A DNA stretch of 64,000 bases. It comes from Deltaproteobacteria bacterium RIFCSPHIGHO2_01_FULL_43_49. Lineage in GTDB: Bacteria > UBA10199 > SPLOWO2-01-44-7. A program made the position numbers and the translations under genes. The stretch is from contig MGRG01000002.1 in NCBI GenBank assembly GCA_001798075.1, positions 46,631-110,630 of the forward strand, in the 5' to 3' direction. A model generated the notes under the pieces. It did no database searches and had not been told where the DNA came from. It worked only from the letters and a program-made list of their open reading frames with translations. Below are positions 43,407 through 52,169 of the stretch, one piece after another; positions within the stretch are counted from its first letter, which is position 1; every line of letters begins with the position of its first letter.

Positions 43407-46259
43407 GTGATTCGTAATAGTATAAAATCTCTGAGGTTTTTATCCATTCTGATTGCCTCTGTTTTCTTGTTGTTGGAGGGGGGTTGTGGGGGTACTTCCG
43501 GGTCTTCAAGTTCTGGAGCGGGCAAAGGAGATGGAGGTGGATCGAGTGGTTCAGGAGTTTCACTGAGCGGAAGCGTTGAAGCTCCTCGTACGACGACTAC
43601 CAGCATTAGTGTTGGTTCCTCTGCCTCAAAAAGTGTTGGAAAAGGTGTGGGCTCAGAGGACTCCGGAGAAACAATTATTGTCTCCAAAGCAACGACCGAA
43701 CTCCCTGTCAGTGGCGGAGAATGTATTTGCAAAAAATTGGATGGAACGAAGTTGGACGAGTTTGAGATCAATTCTGCGGGTCAGTTTTCAGGTGCGAATA
43801 TTAACCCCGCGCTTTTGGATAGCAGCAAACAGGTATTAATTGATTGCAAAACGGGGGGTGGAGGACGTTTCAGCACACTTTGCGATTTGACGTCGGCCTC
43901 AGCAGGGACCACGATTAACTGCGGCAAAACCAATACGGACACAACACTTTCTGTTTCTCAAACAATTTCGGAGTGCGGATCGGGGACAAATCTAGACAGC
44001 CTTTCTGCTTGCGCCTCAGCCAGTGGATTCAAACCGTTAGCCCTTTTTCAAACGTTTAATGGAATAAGTGGAACGGCAGGGGTTTCCGACACAGCCGGTG
44101 TTCAGGAAGCTTTTAAAAAAATGATGAAAGCAGCCTATGCGAGTGGCAAGCCACCCTCACCTGCCGATATGGTCAATATGATCAAGGGGGATACCAGTTT
44201 GATTAACAAATTTAAAGCTCTGGATTCCTCGATTTCTAGCTTGGACACCAGTTCCCTTGCCGATGGCATGAAGGCTTTCCCAGGGGCATGCAAGGAATAC
44301 TATGGGAGTGACACACTTTATAACAACTATGTAAAAGCCGGTGTCTCTTCCTTTCGATCCGGCGGAGCAAACTTTTTTAAGAATTTAAAGACAGCCGATC
44401 TGGATAAAATCAAGGCGGAACCAACTCTCTATCAAACCATCATGGGAGAATATGTCTCCGCCGCAGCAAGTGGAACGGCGTTGGCAACTGCATTTAAAAA
44501 CTTTGAAAAAGCTGATTTCGCAAGGACGGTAGCTGGATTGGGACAATTTATCGATGTAACTGATTTCTCGACCTCTGGAAAGGCAGCGGCTTACAAAAAC
44601 CTCTTAGAAGGAGGTACGTGGGGAACTTCCAAAGATCCAGCCCAATTAGCTGAGGCCTTTGGTAATGCTTGCAAATCAGGAAACGAAGCAACCGAGTTTG
44701 CCTCATGGAACACAAATGGAGCTGCATTCGCAGGTAAATACATTGATAACCCCGGAGCCTATTCAGGAACGACTGGCTTGAACACTATTAACAACCAATA
44801 CATTACATACATACAAAATCCAACTGCCTTCACCAGTTCTGGTGCTAAAGGATGTTCGAGTAGTTCTGATTGTGGTTCGGGCCTGACTTGCAACACACAA
44901 GGAGGTTTTTGTGTGGCTGCTTGTAGTTCCAGTTGTGGGTTTGGGGCCCCTTGTACATCAGACTCTGGATGTACCTCCGGTAAATGTAGCTCGGGCTTTT
45001 GTTTTTATGACACGACGATCTCTGGTTTTAATCCCTTCACACCCATTGTCATTATTGGGGGAACGTGCACTTCCAACAGTCAATGTCCATCCGGGAATTG
45101 TATCAGCGGTGTTTGCGCCCTGCCTGGACAGGTGGCTATTGGCGGTGCTTGTACTCCTGCAAATCTGGGCACGGATTGTCAATCGGGAGTGTGTGGCAGG
45201 CATGGTCTTTGTTTATCGACTACCTCTGTCACTTCAGGCGGCGTTGTTACCAATTTAGCAGGTCCAGATGCCGGGACAACGACGGCGGGAAGTAGTGATG
45301 GTGCCGAAAACGCCGCTAGTTTTAGTGGCCCTGCGGGGGTTTGCATGAATCCCACTGGCACGAAATTGTATGTCGTCGAGATAATAAACAACATCATTCG
45401 TGAGATCACCATTTCGACAGCCAACGTGGTAACATTGGCAGGCACCGCCGGTTCTGCTGATACGACGGATGGCACCGGTTCTGCGGCGCGGTTCAATGCG
45501 CCTCTTGGTTGTGTGGTGGATCCTGCAGGCACCAATCTTTATGTGGTAGACGGCTCGAACCACACGATCCGTAAAATTGTCATTTCCTCAGCGGCAGTGA
45601 CGACTTTTGCGGGGACGGCTGGAAGCAGCGGCGGTGAAAATGGAACAGGGACATCGGCCAGTTTTAACGCCCCCTACGGGATTATTATTGATCACGCCGG
45701 GGCAAATTTGTACGTTGCGGAATTCACCGGCTGCCGGATTCGAAAAATTGTTGTGAACACTCAGGTTGTATCAACTCTGGCAGGTTCCGGTACTTGCGCT
45801 ACCACGGATGGGACAGGAACATCTGCCGGTTTTAATGCCCCGGCGGGCCTCACCATTGATTCAACCGATGCCAGCCTTTATGTCGGTGAAAGCACCGGTC
45901 ATAGAATCCGTAAAATAGTGATTGCCTCCGGGGAGGTGACAACTTTTGCCGGTTCAGGAAGTGCAGCAAGTACGGATGGGACTGGGACAGGGGCTGCCTT
46001 CAACCGACCGCGGGGAATTGTCATCGATCCAACAAACACTAATCTTTACGTGGCGGAATTTACGGGGAAGAAAATCAGGAAGATTGTGGTCGCTACTCAA
46101 GTTGTCACAACATTGGCCGGATCCGGCGTAAACAGCGACACTAATGGAACTGGAACCGCGGCCGCTTTTAAAATACCTGAGTTGCTAGACATCGATCCGA
46201 CGGGGACTGTTCTTTATATCCCAGATCGCTCATCAAACAAAGTCCGCCAGATTCAGTAA
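43407..46259 (+). CDS. Large secreted or lipoprotein NHL-repeat beta-propeller protein with Cys-rich spacer
   Basis: AGGAGG SD at 43393-43398 and a GTG start. Signal peptide ending LLLEGGCGG, a G/S-rich linker and a Cys-rich block (GCSSSSDCGSGLTC...). About 8 repeats of F-x-P-x-G-x3-D-x3-LYV-x-D/E-x3-H/R-IRKI. Confidence 0.8.
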   Translation: MIRNSIKSLRFLSILIASVFLLLEGGCGGTSGSSSSGAGKGDGGGSSGSGVSLSGSVEAPRTTTTSISVGSSASKSVGKGVGSEDSGETIIVSKATTELPVSGGECICKKLDGTKLDEFEINSAGQFSGANINPALLDSSKQVLIDCKTGGGGRFSTLCDLTSASAGTTINCGKTNTDTTLSVSQTISECGSGTNLDSLSACASASGFKPLALFQTFNGISGTAGVSDTAGVQEAFKKMMKAAYASGKPPSPADMVNMIKGDTSLINKFKALDSSISSLDTSSLADGMKAFPGACKEYYGSDTLYNNYVKAGVSSFRSGGANFFKNLKTADLDKIKAEPTLYQTIMGEYVSAAASGTALATAFKNFEKADFARTVAGLGQFIDVTDFSTSGKAAAYKNLLEGGTWGTSKDPAQLAEAFGNACKSGNEATEFASWNTNGAAFAGKYIDNPGAYSGTTGLNTINNQYITYIQNPTAFTSSGAKGCSSSSDCGSGLTCNTQGGFCVAACSSSCGFGAPCTSDSGCTSGKCSSGFCFYDTTISGFNPFTPIVIIGGTCTSNSQCPSGNCISGVCALPGQVAIGGACTPANLGTDCQSGVCGRHGLCLSTTSVTSGGVVTNLAGPDAGTTTAGSSDGAENAASFSGPAGVCMNPTGTKLYVVEIINNIIREITISTANVVTLAGTAGSADTTDGTGSAARFNAPLGCVVDPAGTNLYVVDGSNHTIRKIVISSAAVTTFAGTAGSSGGENGTGTSASFNAPYGIIIDHAGANLYVAEFTGCRIRKIVVNTQVVSTLAGSGTCATTDGTGTSAGFNAPAGLTIDSTDASLYVGESTGHRIRKIVIASGEVTTFAGSGSAASTDGTGTGAAFNRPRGIVIDPTNTNLYVAEFTGKKIRKIVVATQVVTTLAGSGVNSDTNGTGTAAAFKIPELLDIDPTGTVLYIPDRSSNKVRQIQ

Positions 46260-47035
46260 TTTTTTGAAATAGACTCTTTGGCAAACTGGACCGCAGACAA
46301 AGCAAAAACCACAACACAAACAATGAGCACAAGGCTGTCGATACCTTTCCAAAAGCCAGTCGAAGGAATCTGATTTTCCAAAACGTGATTAATAAAGGTC
46401 CAACTGTTGTTGATGAGATGGGCAAGGATCGGAAACCATAGGTTTCCAGTTTGAAACAAAAGCCAGCTCAAGTAAAATCCGAGGAGCAAATATAAATGCC
46501 AATACCAGGGCATGCCGTGGATGAGGGCGAAGGCAATCGCTGTGAGAACTAGACTTAAGTTTTTGCCCCAATGGTGCCCCAGAGTATTTTGAAAAAACCC
46601 CCGAAAAAATATCTCTTCACAAAAAGCAGGGGTCAAACAGATTAAAAACAAACGCCAAGCTCCTTGTGGCAGTGATTCAACATGCATGATTTTATCAAGG
46701 ACCTCTTTTGCCGCCGAAGGGGGTGGAAAAACGAGCTCACTCAAAAAAGTGAGGTAATCGATGATGACAACAAGGCTTAACGTCATGATGCAAAGCCAAA
46801 AAAGAGATTTTATTTTCGGTTTCTTGAAGGGAAAAACTTCTAAGGTGGGTATTTTTAATTTCCAGGCGATGAGAAAAGGTAGCCCCGCCACAACCAGCCA
46901 TTCATTGATCAGAATTCCAGCACTCAGCGAGACATTTTGAATGAAGTAACTCGATGGCCATTGGAGAATAGCAATGAAAGTGAACATCAACATTACCAAA
47001 GGAGGGCTTGGCCACTTTTGAGAGGTTGACAGCAT
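46253..47035 (-). CDS. CPBP-family intramembrane glutamic endopeptidase (CAAX protease-like)
   Basis: FCEEIFFRGFFQ, FALIHG and ILAHLINN motifs. Start set to ATG 47035 because the TTG at 47146 would overlap the mutY 5' end; the start remains uncertain. Confidence 0.75.
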   Translation of the reverse strand: MLSTSQKWPSPPLVMLMFTFIAILQWPSSYFIQNVSLSAGILINEWLVVAGLPFLIAWKLKIPTLEVFPFKKPKIKSLFWLCIMTLSLVVIIDYLTFLSELVFPPPSAAKEVLDKIMHVESLPQGAWRLFLICLTPAFCEEIFFRGFFQNTLGHHWGKNLSLVLTAIAFALIHGMPWYWHLYLLLGFYLSWLLFQTGNLWFPILAHLINNSWTFINHVLENQIPSTGFWKGIDSLVLIVCVVVFALSAVQFAKESISKNY

Positions 47036-47063
47036 CGGCAGTTGAAAAGTAAGAACGAAAAGA

Positions 47064-48215
47064 ATGAAGACGTCAATCCAAAAGCTCCTATTAGCCTGGT
47101 ACGATAAAAATAAGCGTCCACTTCCTTGGCGAAAGCCCCCACCCAATCCTTATAAAATCTGGCTCTCCGAGATTATGCTCCAGCAAACACAAGTAGAAAC
47201 GATGCTTCCTTACTACGAGCGATTTTTACAGGCCTTTCCCACGTTGAATGATTTGGCCAAATCTCCGCCTACAGAGGTTTTAAAACTTTGGTCGGGTTTA
47301 GGTTATTATTCGAGGGCCAGAAACCTTCACAAAACAGCGCGTAAGATCATCCAGCATTTTGGAGGTCGTTTTCCAACAACCAAAGAGGAGTTGATTAGCT
47401 TGCCAGGGATTGGTGATTATTCTGCCGGGGCCATTGCCAGCATCGCTTTTGGTAAAAAGGTTCCTGTTGTAGATGGGAATGTGATTCGGGTCTTGACAAG
47501 GCTTTTCGCCCTGAAAGGTGATCCCAAGGCCAAACCGTTGAAACAAAAGTTATGGAAATTGGCAGCACGTTTAGTTCCAAAAAGTTGTCAAGACCCGGCT
47601 TTGCCGGGCTGCGAAGCAAACTCGAAGAGTTTGCGGAGTAGAAATAGACCAGGTGATTTTAATCAAGCCCTTATGGAGTTGGGGGCGCTTGTTTGTTCGC
47701 CTAAAGATCCGAAGTGTCTATTATGTCCGCTGAAAAAGAGGTGTGTGGCAAAAATAAAAGATAAAATTAGCGAATATCCAACCCCAAGAGAAAAACTTCC
47801 GACCGAAAAAGTTTTTTTGGCCGCCGCCTTGATTGAAAAAAATGGTTCTTTTTTATTGGCACAACGCGGGAGTCAAAAACATTTACAATCAATGTGGGAA
47901 TTTCCGCAGGTGGCCGGAGAAGAAAAATCTTTAAGCGGCAAACAGCTTATTCAGAAACTTCAAAAAAAATATGGAATGGATATTGAATTAAAAGGACAAT
48001 TACCGGTGGTACGCCATGCCATCATGAACCGAAGGATCGTCATGACACCCTTTTTGTGTCGCTATCAAAAGGGGAGTCCCAAAATGGGAAAAGGACATGT
48101 GGCTTTTAAATGGATTGCGCCCGATCAACTAAAGGAATTTCCCACTTCATCCATTAATCATAAAGTGATCCAACATTTAAACCGCAAACATCAAGATCTT
48201 TTTTTGCCTTTCTAG
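47064..48215 (+). CDS. mutY: A/G-specific adenine DNA glycosylase
   Basis: LLAWYDKNKRPLPWR, PYKIWLSEIMLQQTQV, GIGDYSAGAIASIAFG, FNQALMELGA and the CSPKDPKCLLCPLKKRC Fe-S cluster, plus a NUDIX-like C-terminus. Carries an in-frame twin-hairpin insertion at 47592-47648. Confidence 0.92.
   Translation: MKTSIQKLLLAWYDKNKRPLPWRKPPPNPYKIWLSEIMLQQTQVETMLPYYERFLQAFPTLNDLAKSPPTEVLKLWSGLGYYSRARNLHKTARKIIQHFGGRFPTTKEELISLPGIGDYSAGAIASIAFGKKVPVVDGNVIRVLTRLFALKGDPKAKPLKQKLWKLAARLVPKSCQDPALPGCEANSKSLRSRNRPGDFNQALMELGALVCSPKDPKCLLCPLKKRCVAKIKDKISEYPTPREKLPTEKVFLAAALIEKNGSFLLAQRGSQKHLQSMWEFPQVAGEEKSLSGKQLIQKLQKKYGMDIELKGQLPVVRHAIMNRRIVMTPFLCRYQKGSPKMGKGHVAFKWIAPDQLKEFPTSSINHKVIQHLNRKHQDLFLPF
47592..47648 (+). 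repeat. Twin-hairpin element, in frame inside mutY
   Basis: GACCCGGC-TTT-GCCGGGC TGCGAA GCAAACTC-GAA-GAGTTTGC GGAGTAGAAATAGAC is homologous to intergenic 19665-19723. Encodes QDPALPGCEANSKSLRSRN. Confidence 0.8.
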
Positions 48216-48218
48216 CCC

Positions 48219-48854
48219 ATGTTTCATAACCTTTTAAAAGTTTGGTTTTTATTTGTACTAGACTGGCGTTATGCCGGTGTTGCTTTGCTCATGGCTTTGG
48301 AGAGTACCGTTTTTCCAATTCCCAGCGAAATCATCATCCCTCCGGCTGCCTATTGGGCAAGTCTTGGTAAAATGCATTTTTGGGGAGTCGTAGCCGCGGG
48401 GATGATTGGTTCTTATATTGGTTCTGCGATTTCTTATTGGGTATCTCAATGGTTGGGAAGACCCTTTTTATTGAAATTTGGAAAATATTTCTTTTTACCC
48501 GCAGAAAAATTAATTTTCGCAGAAAAGTGGGCGGTCAATTATGCGGGTCCCGGAATTTTTTTGGCGCGCATGCTTCCTGTCGCAAGGCATGTTGTTTCTA
48601 TTCCAGCTGGAATTTTGAAAATGCCCTTTTGGAAGTTTAGTTTGGCAACACTTGTCGGTTCTGGAGGTTGGTGTGCCGTTTTAGCCTGGTTTGGGGCGAA
48701 AGTGATAGGGGATCAACCAACTTTATTGCAAGAGCCGGCGGTTTTGGTGCATGTTCTTAAAGCAAAACTCATTTATTTTGTAGGGGCCATTCTTGTTTTT
48801 GGCTTTTTATATTTCTATATCCACTGTCAGATGAAACAAGCATCACGGACGTGA
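48219..48854 (+). CDS. dedA: DedA-family (VTT domain) membrane protein
   Basis: 211 aa. ESTVFPIPSEIIIPPA and RMLPVARHVVSIPAG motifs. Confidence 0.85.
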   Translation: MFHNLLKVWFLFVLDWRYAGVALLMALESTVFPIPSEIIIPPAAYWASLGKMHFWGVVAAGMIGSYIGSAISYWVSQWLGRPFLLKFGKYFFLPAEKLIFAEKWAVNYAGPGIFLARMLPVARHVVSIPAGILKMPFWKFSLATLVGSGGWCAVLAWFGAKVIGDQPTLLQEPAVLVHVLKAKLIYFVGAILVFGFLYFYIHCQMKQASRT

Positions 48855-49355
48855 GAGTGTTTTTAAGAATTCCGCAAGAAGGGATTTGGCTTCTTCAAGA
48901 TGGCTGTATTCTTTGAGATGAAAATGAGGGACTTTTTTGTTGGTGATTCCACGAATCATGGTTGATAAATCGTTGGGCCAAAAGTTTTTTTCGTACAACG
49001 CCAGTACTGGAATTGTTTTTAGTCTCAATCTTGGGCGTAAGTATGCGTGGGCGAGTTCGATGCCGGTTCCTAAACTTGGTAGGGAGACTTCAAAAACAGC
49101 GCCTGCGATATCTCCTTCGACCCCTTCGATCATTTTGTTGCAGACATAGATTCTGCGTTGCAAACCAGGTGGGGGCAAAGGGCCAATCGATTCCTCCAAA
49201 AGTTTGGTCGTTTCTTCAAAAGTCGTTCCGGTCGTATGTTCGGTAATCACTTGAAAACCTTGTGTCTTGATACATTCAATCAGTGTTTTGTGAACGCTGG
49301 CACGATCGACTCGATTCTTTTGGCCCTGTATGGCGGCCCCGAAAAAAATCTTCAT
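48843..49355 (-). CDS. Nucleoside 2-deoxyribosyltransferase-like / DNPH1 (Rcl)-like protein
   Basis: MKIFFGAAIQG start and EVSLPSLGTGIELA resemble the DNPH1 motifs as I recall them (xYFCGSIRGG, EVTQPSLGVGYELG). Confidence 0.65.
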   Translation of the reverse strand: MKIFFGAAIQGQKNRVDRASVHKTLIECIKTQGFQVITEHTTGTTFEETTKLLEESIGPLPPPGLQRRIYVCNKMIEGVEGDIAGAVFEVSLPSLGTGIELAHAYLRPRLRLKTIPVLALYEKNFWPNDLSTMIRGITNKKVPHFHLKEYSHLEEAKSLLAEFLKTLSRP

Positions 49356-50203
49356 AAATTGACTGATTCTGTTGGCTGATAACCCTTATCCGTTTGAGCA
49401 ACATAGGATGCTGCAAGATGGGGGCAGTGTTCAAAAACTAAAATCCATTTTTCTTTCGCCGCCTTTTCCAGAATTTCCTTTTTTTCTTTCATCGTGGTTA
49501 AGGGAAAATTATCATAGGCCATGACCCATGGGATTCCCAAATGGATAGAAGTGGGAATCACATCGCCGCAAAAAAAGAGTTTTTGTTTTCCATCATCTAA
49601 TAGAGAGAGTTGGATTCCTTGTGTGTGACCAAAAAAGAGTTTCGCATGGATTCCTGGAAGAATCTCTTTTTCACCATCGATTATTTTGAGAATGCCGGCT
49701 TTTAGGAGAGGCTCCCAATCCTCTTTAATATAGCTAGCCCGATCTTTTTCGGTTGGATTTTGAGCCCAATCTAAATTTTTCTTTTGGACGGTGTAAGTGG
49801 CTTTGGGAAATGTTGGGACTAACTTTCCTTGATTATCTTTCAATGTAGAGCCACCGGCATGATCAAAATGGAGATGAGTTAAAATGACATCGGTGATTTT
49901 ATCGAATGTCAAATGATGGGCTGCCAGACTTTTCTCCAACGACATTTTTGAAGTGTCGAGCCGATAAATATCCCGCATTTTTTCATCCCATTTATCTCCC
50001 ATGCCGCAATCGATCAAAATGTTACGTCCATCACCTTGGAGAAGGAGGCAGCGGAGTCGCATGTCGATCCGGTTGCGCTCATCGACACCTACGCGTTTGC
50101 TCCAAAGTGTTTTGGGAACAACGCCAAACATCGCCCCTCCATCGAGAGCAAATTCTCCGGTTTCAATGCTGTGAACTTCGTAGGAACCAATGCGCATAGG
50201 CAA
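49352..50203 (-). CDS. MBL-fold metallo-hydrolase
   Basis: ILTHLHFDHAGG (HxHxDH) motif. 283 aa. Confidence 0.85.
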   Translation of the reverse strand: MPMRIGSYEVHSIETGEFALDGGAMFGVVPKTLWSKRVGVDERNRIDMRLRCLLLQGDGRNILIDCGMGDKWDEKMRDIYRLDTSKMSLEKSLAAHHLTFDKITDVILTHLHFDHAGGSTLKDNQGKLVPTFPKATYTVQKKNLDWAQNPTEKDRASYIKEDWEPLLKAGILKIIDGEKEILPGIHAKLFFGHTQGIQLSLLDDGKQKLFFCGDVIPTSIHLGIPWVMAYDNFPLTTMKEKKEILEKAAKEKWILVFEHCPHLAASYVAQTDKGYQPTESVNL

Positions 50204-50268
50204 TGCGGTATCAAAGTATTAAAACGGGTCAAGGCTTAATGTAGAAATCGTTTTTAATCGGTGAGTTG

Positions 50269-50451
50269 GAGCTTCGGGGTTTCAATTGATCAGTTGAAAA
50301 TGACGGGCTTTATTTGGAGTGGCGGGTCCTGTCCCTCTGTGTTTTTGTGGGGGCCCCTAACTAAACCCCACAACAAACACTCCGGGCCACCCACCACTCC
50401 ACCAATCATCCGTCATTTTCAACTCTTGAGGATAGGCCACCCCTTCGCCCC
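50269..50451 (+). repeat. H1 hairpin repeat, copy 6 (expanded, four nested layers)
   Basis: Same layer order as copy 3 (28177-28356). Confidence 0.85.
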
Positions 50452-50522
50452 AACCATCTCGCACGATTCCTATGCACTTAATTAACTAAAAGGTAGGCGC
50501 TGCCTTATGGTAAAATATGTAA

Positions 50523-50712
50523 GGGCAGGAGTGGGGATGGGCAAAACATCGTGCGGGAACGAGGGCGTATTGAGTCAATAAAAATCATATTCGTTTCTGC
50601 AGATAGAGCTGACGGCAGGTAAGATACTATCTGCATCTTTTGAAACGAAATGATTTTTTTGACGAGATAGCCCGAAGTGGAGCACAGTTTTGAACACGCC
50701 CCACTCCTGCCC
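50523..50712 (+). repeat. H2 long-hairpin repeat, copy 3
   Basis: Carries the compensated change AATCAT / ATGATT where copies 1 and 2 have AATAAT / ATTATT. The apical loop is identical. Confidence 0.85.
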
Positions 50713-50752
50713 AAAAACGATTCGAGACTGAATTTACTTTAAATTTGGATTA

Positions 50753-51319
50753 TTAATCTTGAAAAAAAGTTCTGGCGACCAAGATGGTGGCCGCGATATC
50801 ATCAGCTAGATGCAAAGCGGCGCCAGCTCTGACCGAATTCACTATTTTTGCTGCTTTTGCAGCAGCGCCAATGGCAAAACCGGCCCCTAGCAAAGTAGCA
50901 TCGGCCAAGGTCACGCCAAATTGTGAAGCGCTTTTATTGGTATAGGCGTTATAGGCACCGGCGATGATGAGACCGACAGAGACACCAGCTAAAAACCACC
51001 CCACAGGATTCCATATCAAAGCTGCTGTTATCGCTGCTGCTGTGGCACTTGTCATAAGAACAGGGCTTTCTGTAAAGGAACTTCCCAAATCGGAAAATCT
51101 TTTTTTATAACCACCCCAAACAGTTTCTTGGGAACTATTTAGGTTTTGAAAAATGGATGGGTCCTGCCAGCCGCTTGGGTCCGTCTCCCCAAAAAGGGGC
51201 CCCTCGGACTCATCGCGGCTGTCACCCATCCATTTTTCATGACAATTATGATGAGTGTGAACACTAATACCAAAACCACCTGTTTCTCTATTGAAGGACA
51301 AACCACCACATCCAGACAT
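50753..51319 (-). CDS. Hypothetical membrane protein, Cys/His-rich N-terminus plus glycine-zipper TM region
   Basis: MSGCGG...HTHHNCHEKW N-terminus. C-terminal GxxxG/A-rich helices (AGVSVGLIIAGAYNAY, LLGAGFAIGAAAKAA). Lies 41 nt downstream of the DtxR-like gene on the same strand. Confidence 0.55.
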   Translation of the reverse strand: MSGCGGLSFNRETGGFGISVHTHHNCHEKWMGDSRDESEGPLFGETDPSGWQDPSIFQNLNSSQETVWGGYKKRFSDLGSSFTESPVLMTSATAAAITAALIWNPVGWFLAGVSVGLIIAGAYNAYTNKSASQFGVTLADATLLGAGFAIGAAAKAAKIVNSVRAGAALHLADDIAATILVARTFFQD

Positions 51320-51359
51320 GACTCCTCCTTGCCTGCTGACAGGCTTTTATTGTACTGAA

Positions 51360-51896
51360 TTAACTAACTACACGAAGTTTGGCAGGCATTAGCTCTTTCA
51401 AGCAGGTCGTTTCACAAACCGGGCAATCTTTGAGACCCGGGCAGGTTTCACTGAGCTGCCAAAATTTTTCCAAAACCTTTTTGACTTGAGGATCAGCAGA
51501 AGACATAAAACGAATGAAGGCTAAGAGATTTGCCCCCGTTTCTGAACTGATCAAATGTTCAATTTTGCAAGTATCGACTTCCGCCTGATACGGTTTTACT
51601 TTCAAGATGTCCTGGAAAAAGCGTTTGAGAACGACCTTCTTGCCAATGATTTCTTCTGCGACTCGTTTTCCATCGGGTGTCATCTGAAGAAATTTATTGG
51701 TATCCTCTTTAAGGTAATTTTTTTCAATCAACGCATGTAGTCCCATTGAAGCGGAGGACCTGGCAATTCCCAATTTTTTAGCGACATCGGCAGCACGCGC
51801 ATAACCCTGTTCACCAATCAAATCATGGACAGCAACCAGGTAGTGCGCCGCACTGTGTGTTAGTTGATTGGCTTCAAACTCTTTCCATACTTCCAT
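51360..51896 (-). CDS. DtxR/MntR-family metal-dependent transcriptional regulator with Cys-rich C-terminus
   Basis: N-terminal wHTH (SAAHYLVAVHDL...ARAADVAKKLGIARSSAS) and a dimerisation domain. C-terminal CPGLKDCPVCETTC. Confidence 0.8.
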   Translation of the reverse strand: MEVWKEFEANQLTHSAAHYLVAVHDLIGEQGYARAADVAKKLGIARSSASMGLHALIEKNYLKEDTNKFLQMTPDGKRVAEEIIGKKVVLKRFFQDILKVKPYQAEVDTCKIEHLISSETGANLLAFIRFMSSADPQVKKVLEKFWQLSETCPGLKDCPVCETTCLKELMPAKLRVVS

Positions 51897-51935
51897 AATG
51901 TTAGCCTATACTAACAGAAATAAGATATGTCAAAC

Positions 51936-51974
51936 ATAAATACCGCCAGGTACCAGGTACCTGGCGGTATTTAT
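51936..51974. repeat. Perfect 39-nt palindrome (19-nt arms, 1-nt centre) in the dtxR-like/mraZ divergent region
   Basis: ATAAATACCGCCAGGTACC A GGTACCTGGCGGTATTTAT. Confidence 0.9.
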
Positions 51975-52169
51975 AAAAGTTTTTATAAATTATATAGATA
52001 GAGCGTTTTCTAACTGTTTACTTATAAAAATTGTTATAATTCTTTGAAATTAAGCTTCTTTTTTCATTCAGAAATTAAACCGCCAAAATCGAAAAAAAGG
52101 CCTTTTTTCAAGCATTTACAAAGGAATTTCTCTTGACGCTCCTCAGGTGATGGTTTAGGTTCCCAAAAA

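Noticed and set aside
21538-50712. The possibility that the recurring H1/H2 hairpins are a CRISPR array
   Set aside because: The copies are kilobases apart and are not separated by regular short spacers. They are long imperfect palindromes with variable flanks, and no cas genes are present.
52092-52109. GAAAAAAAGG-CCTTTTTTC palindrome upstream of mraZ as a terminator
   Set aside because: The stem is almost entirely A-T with no loop, and there is no upstream gene on either strand that it would terminate at a sensible distance.
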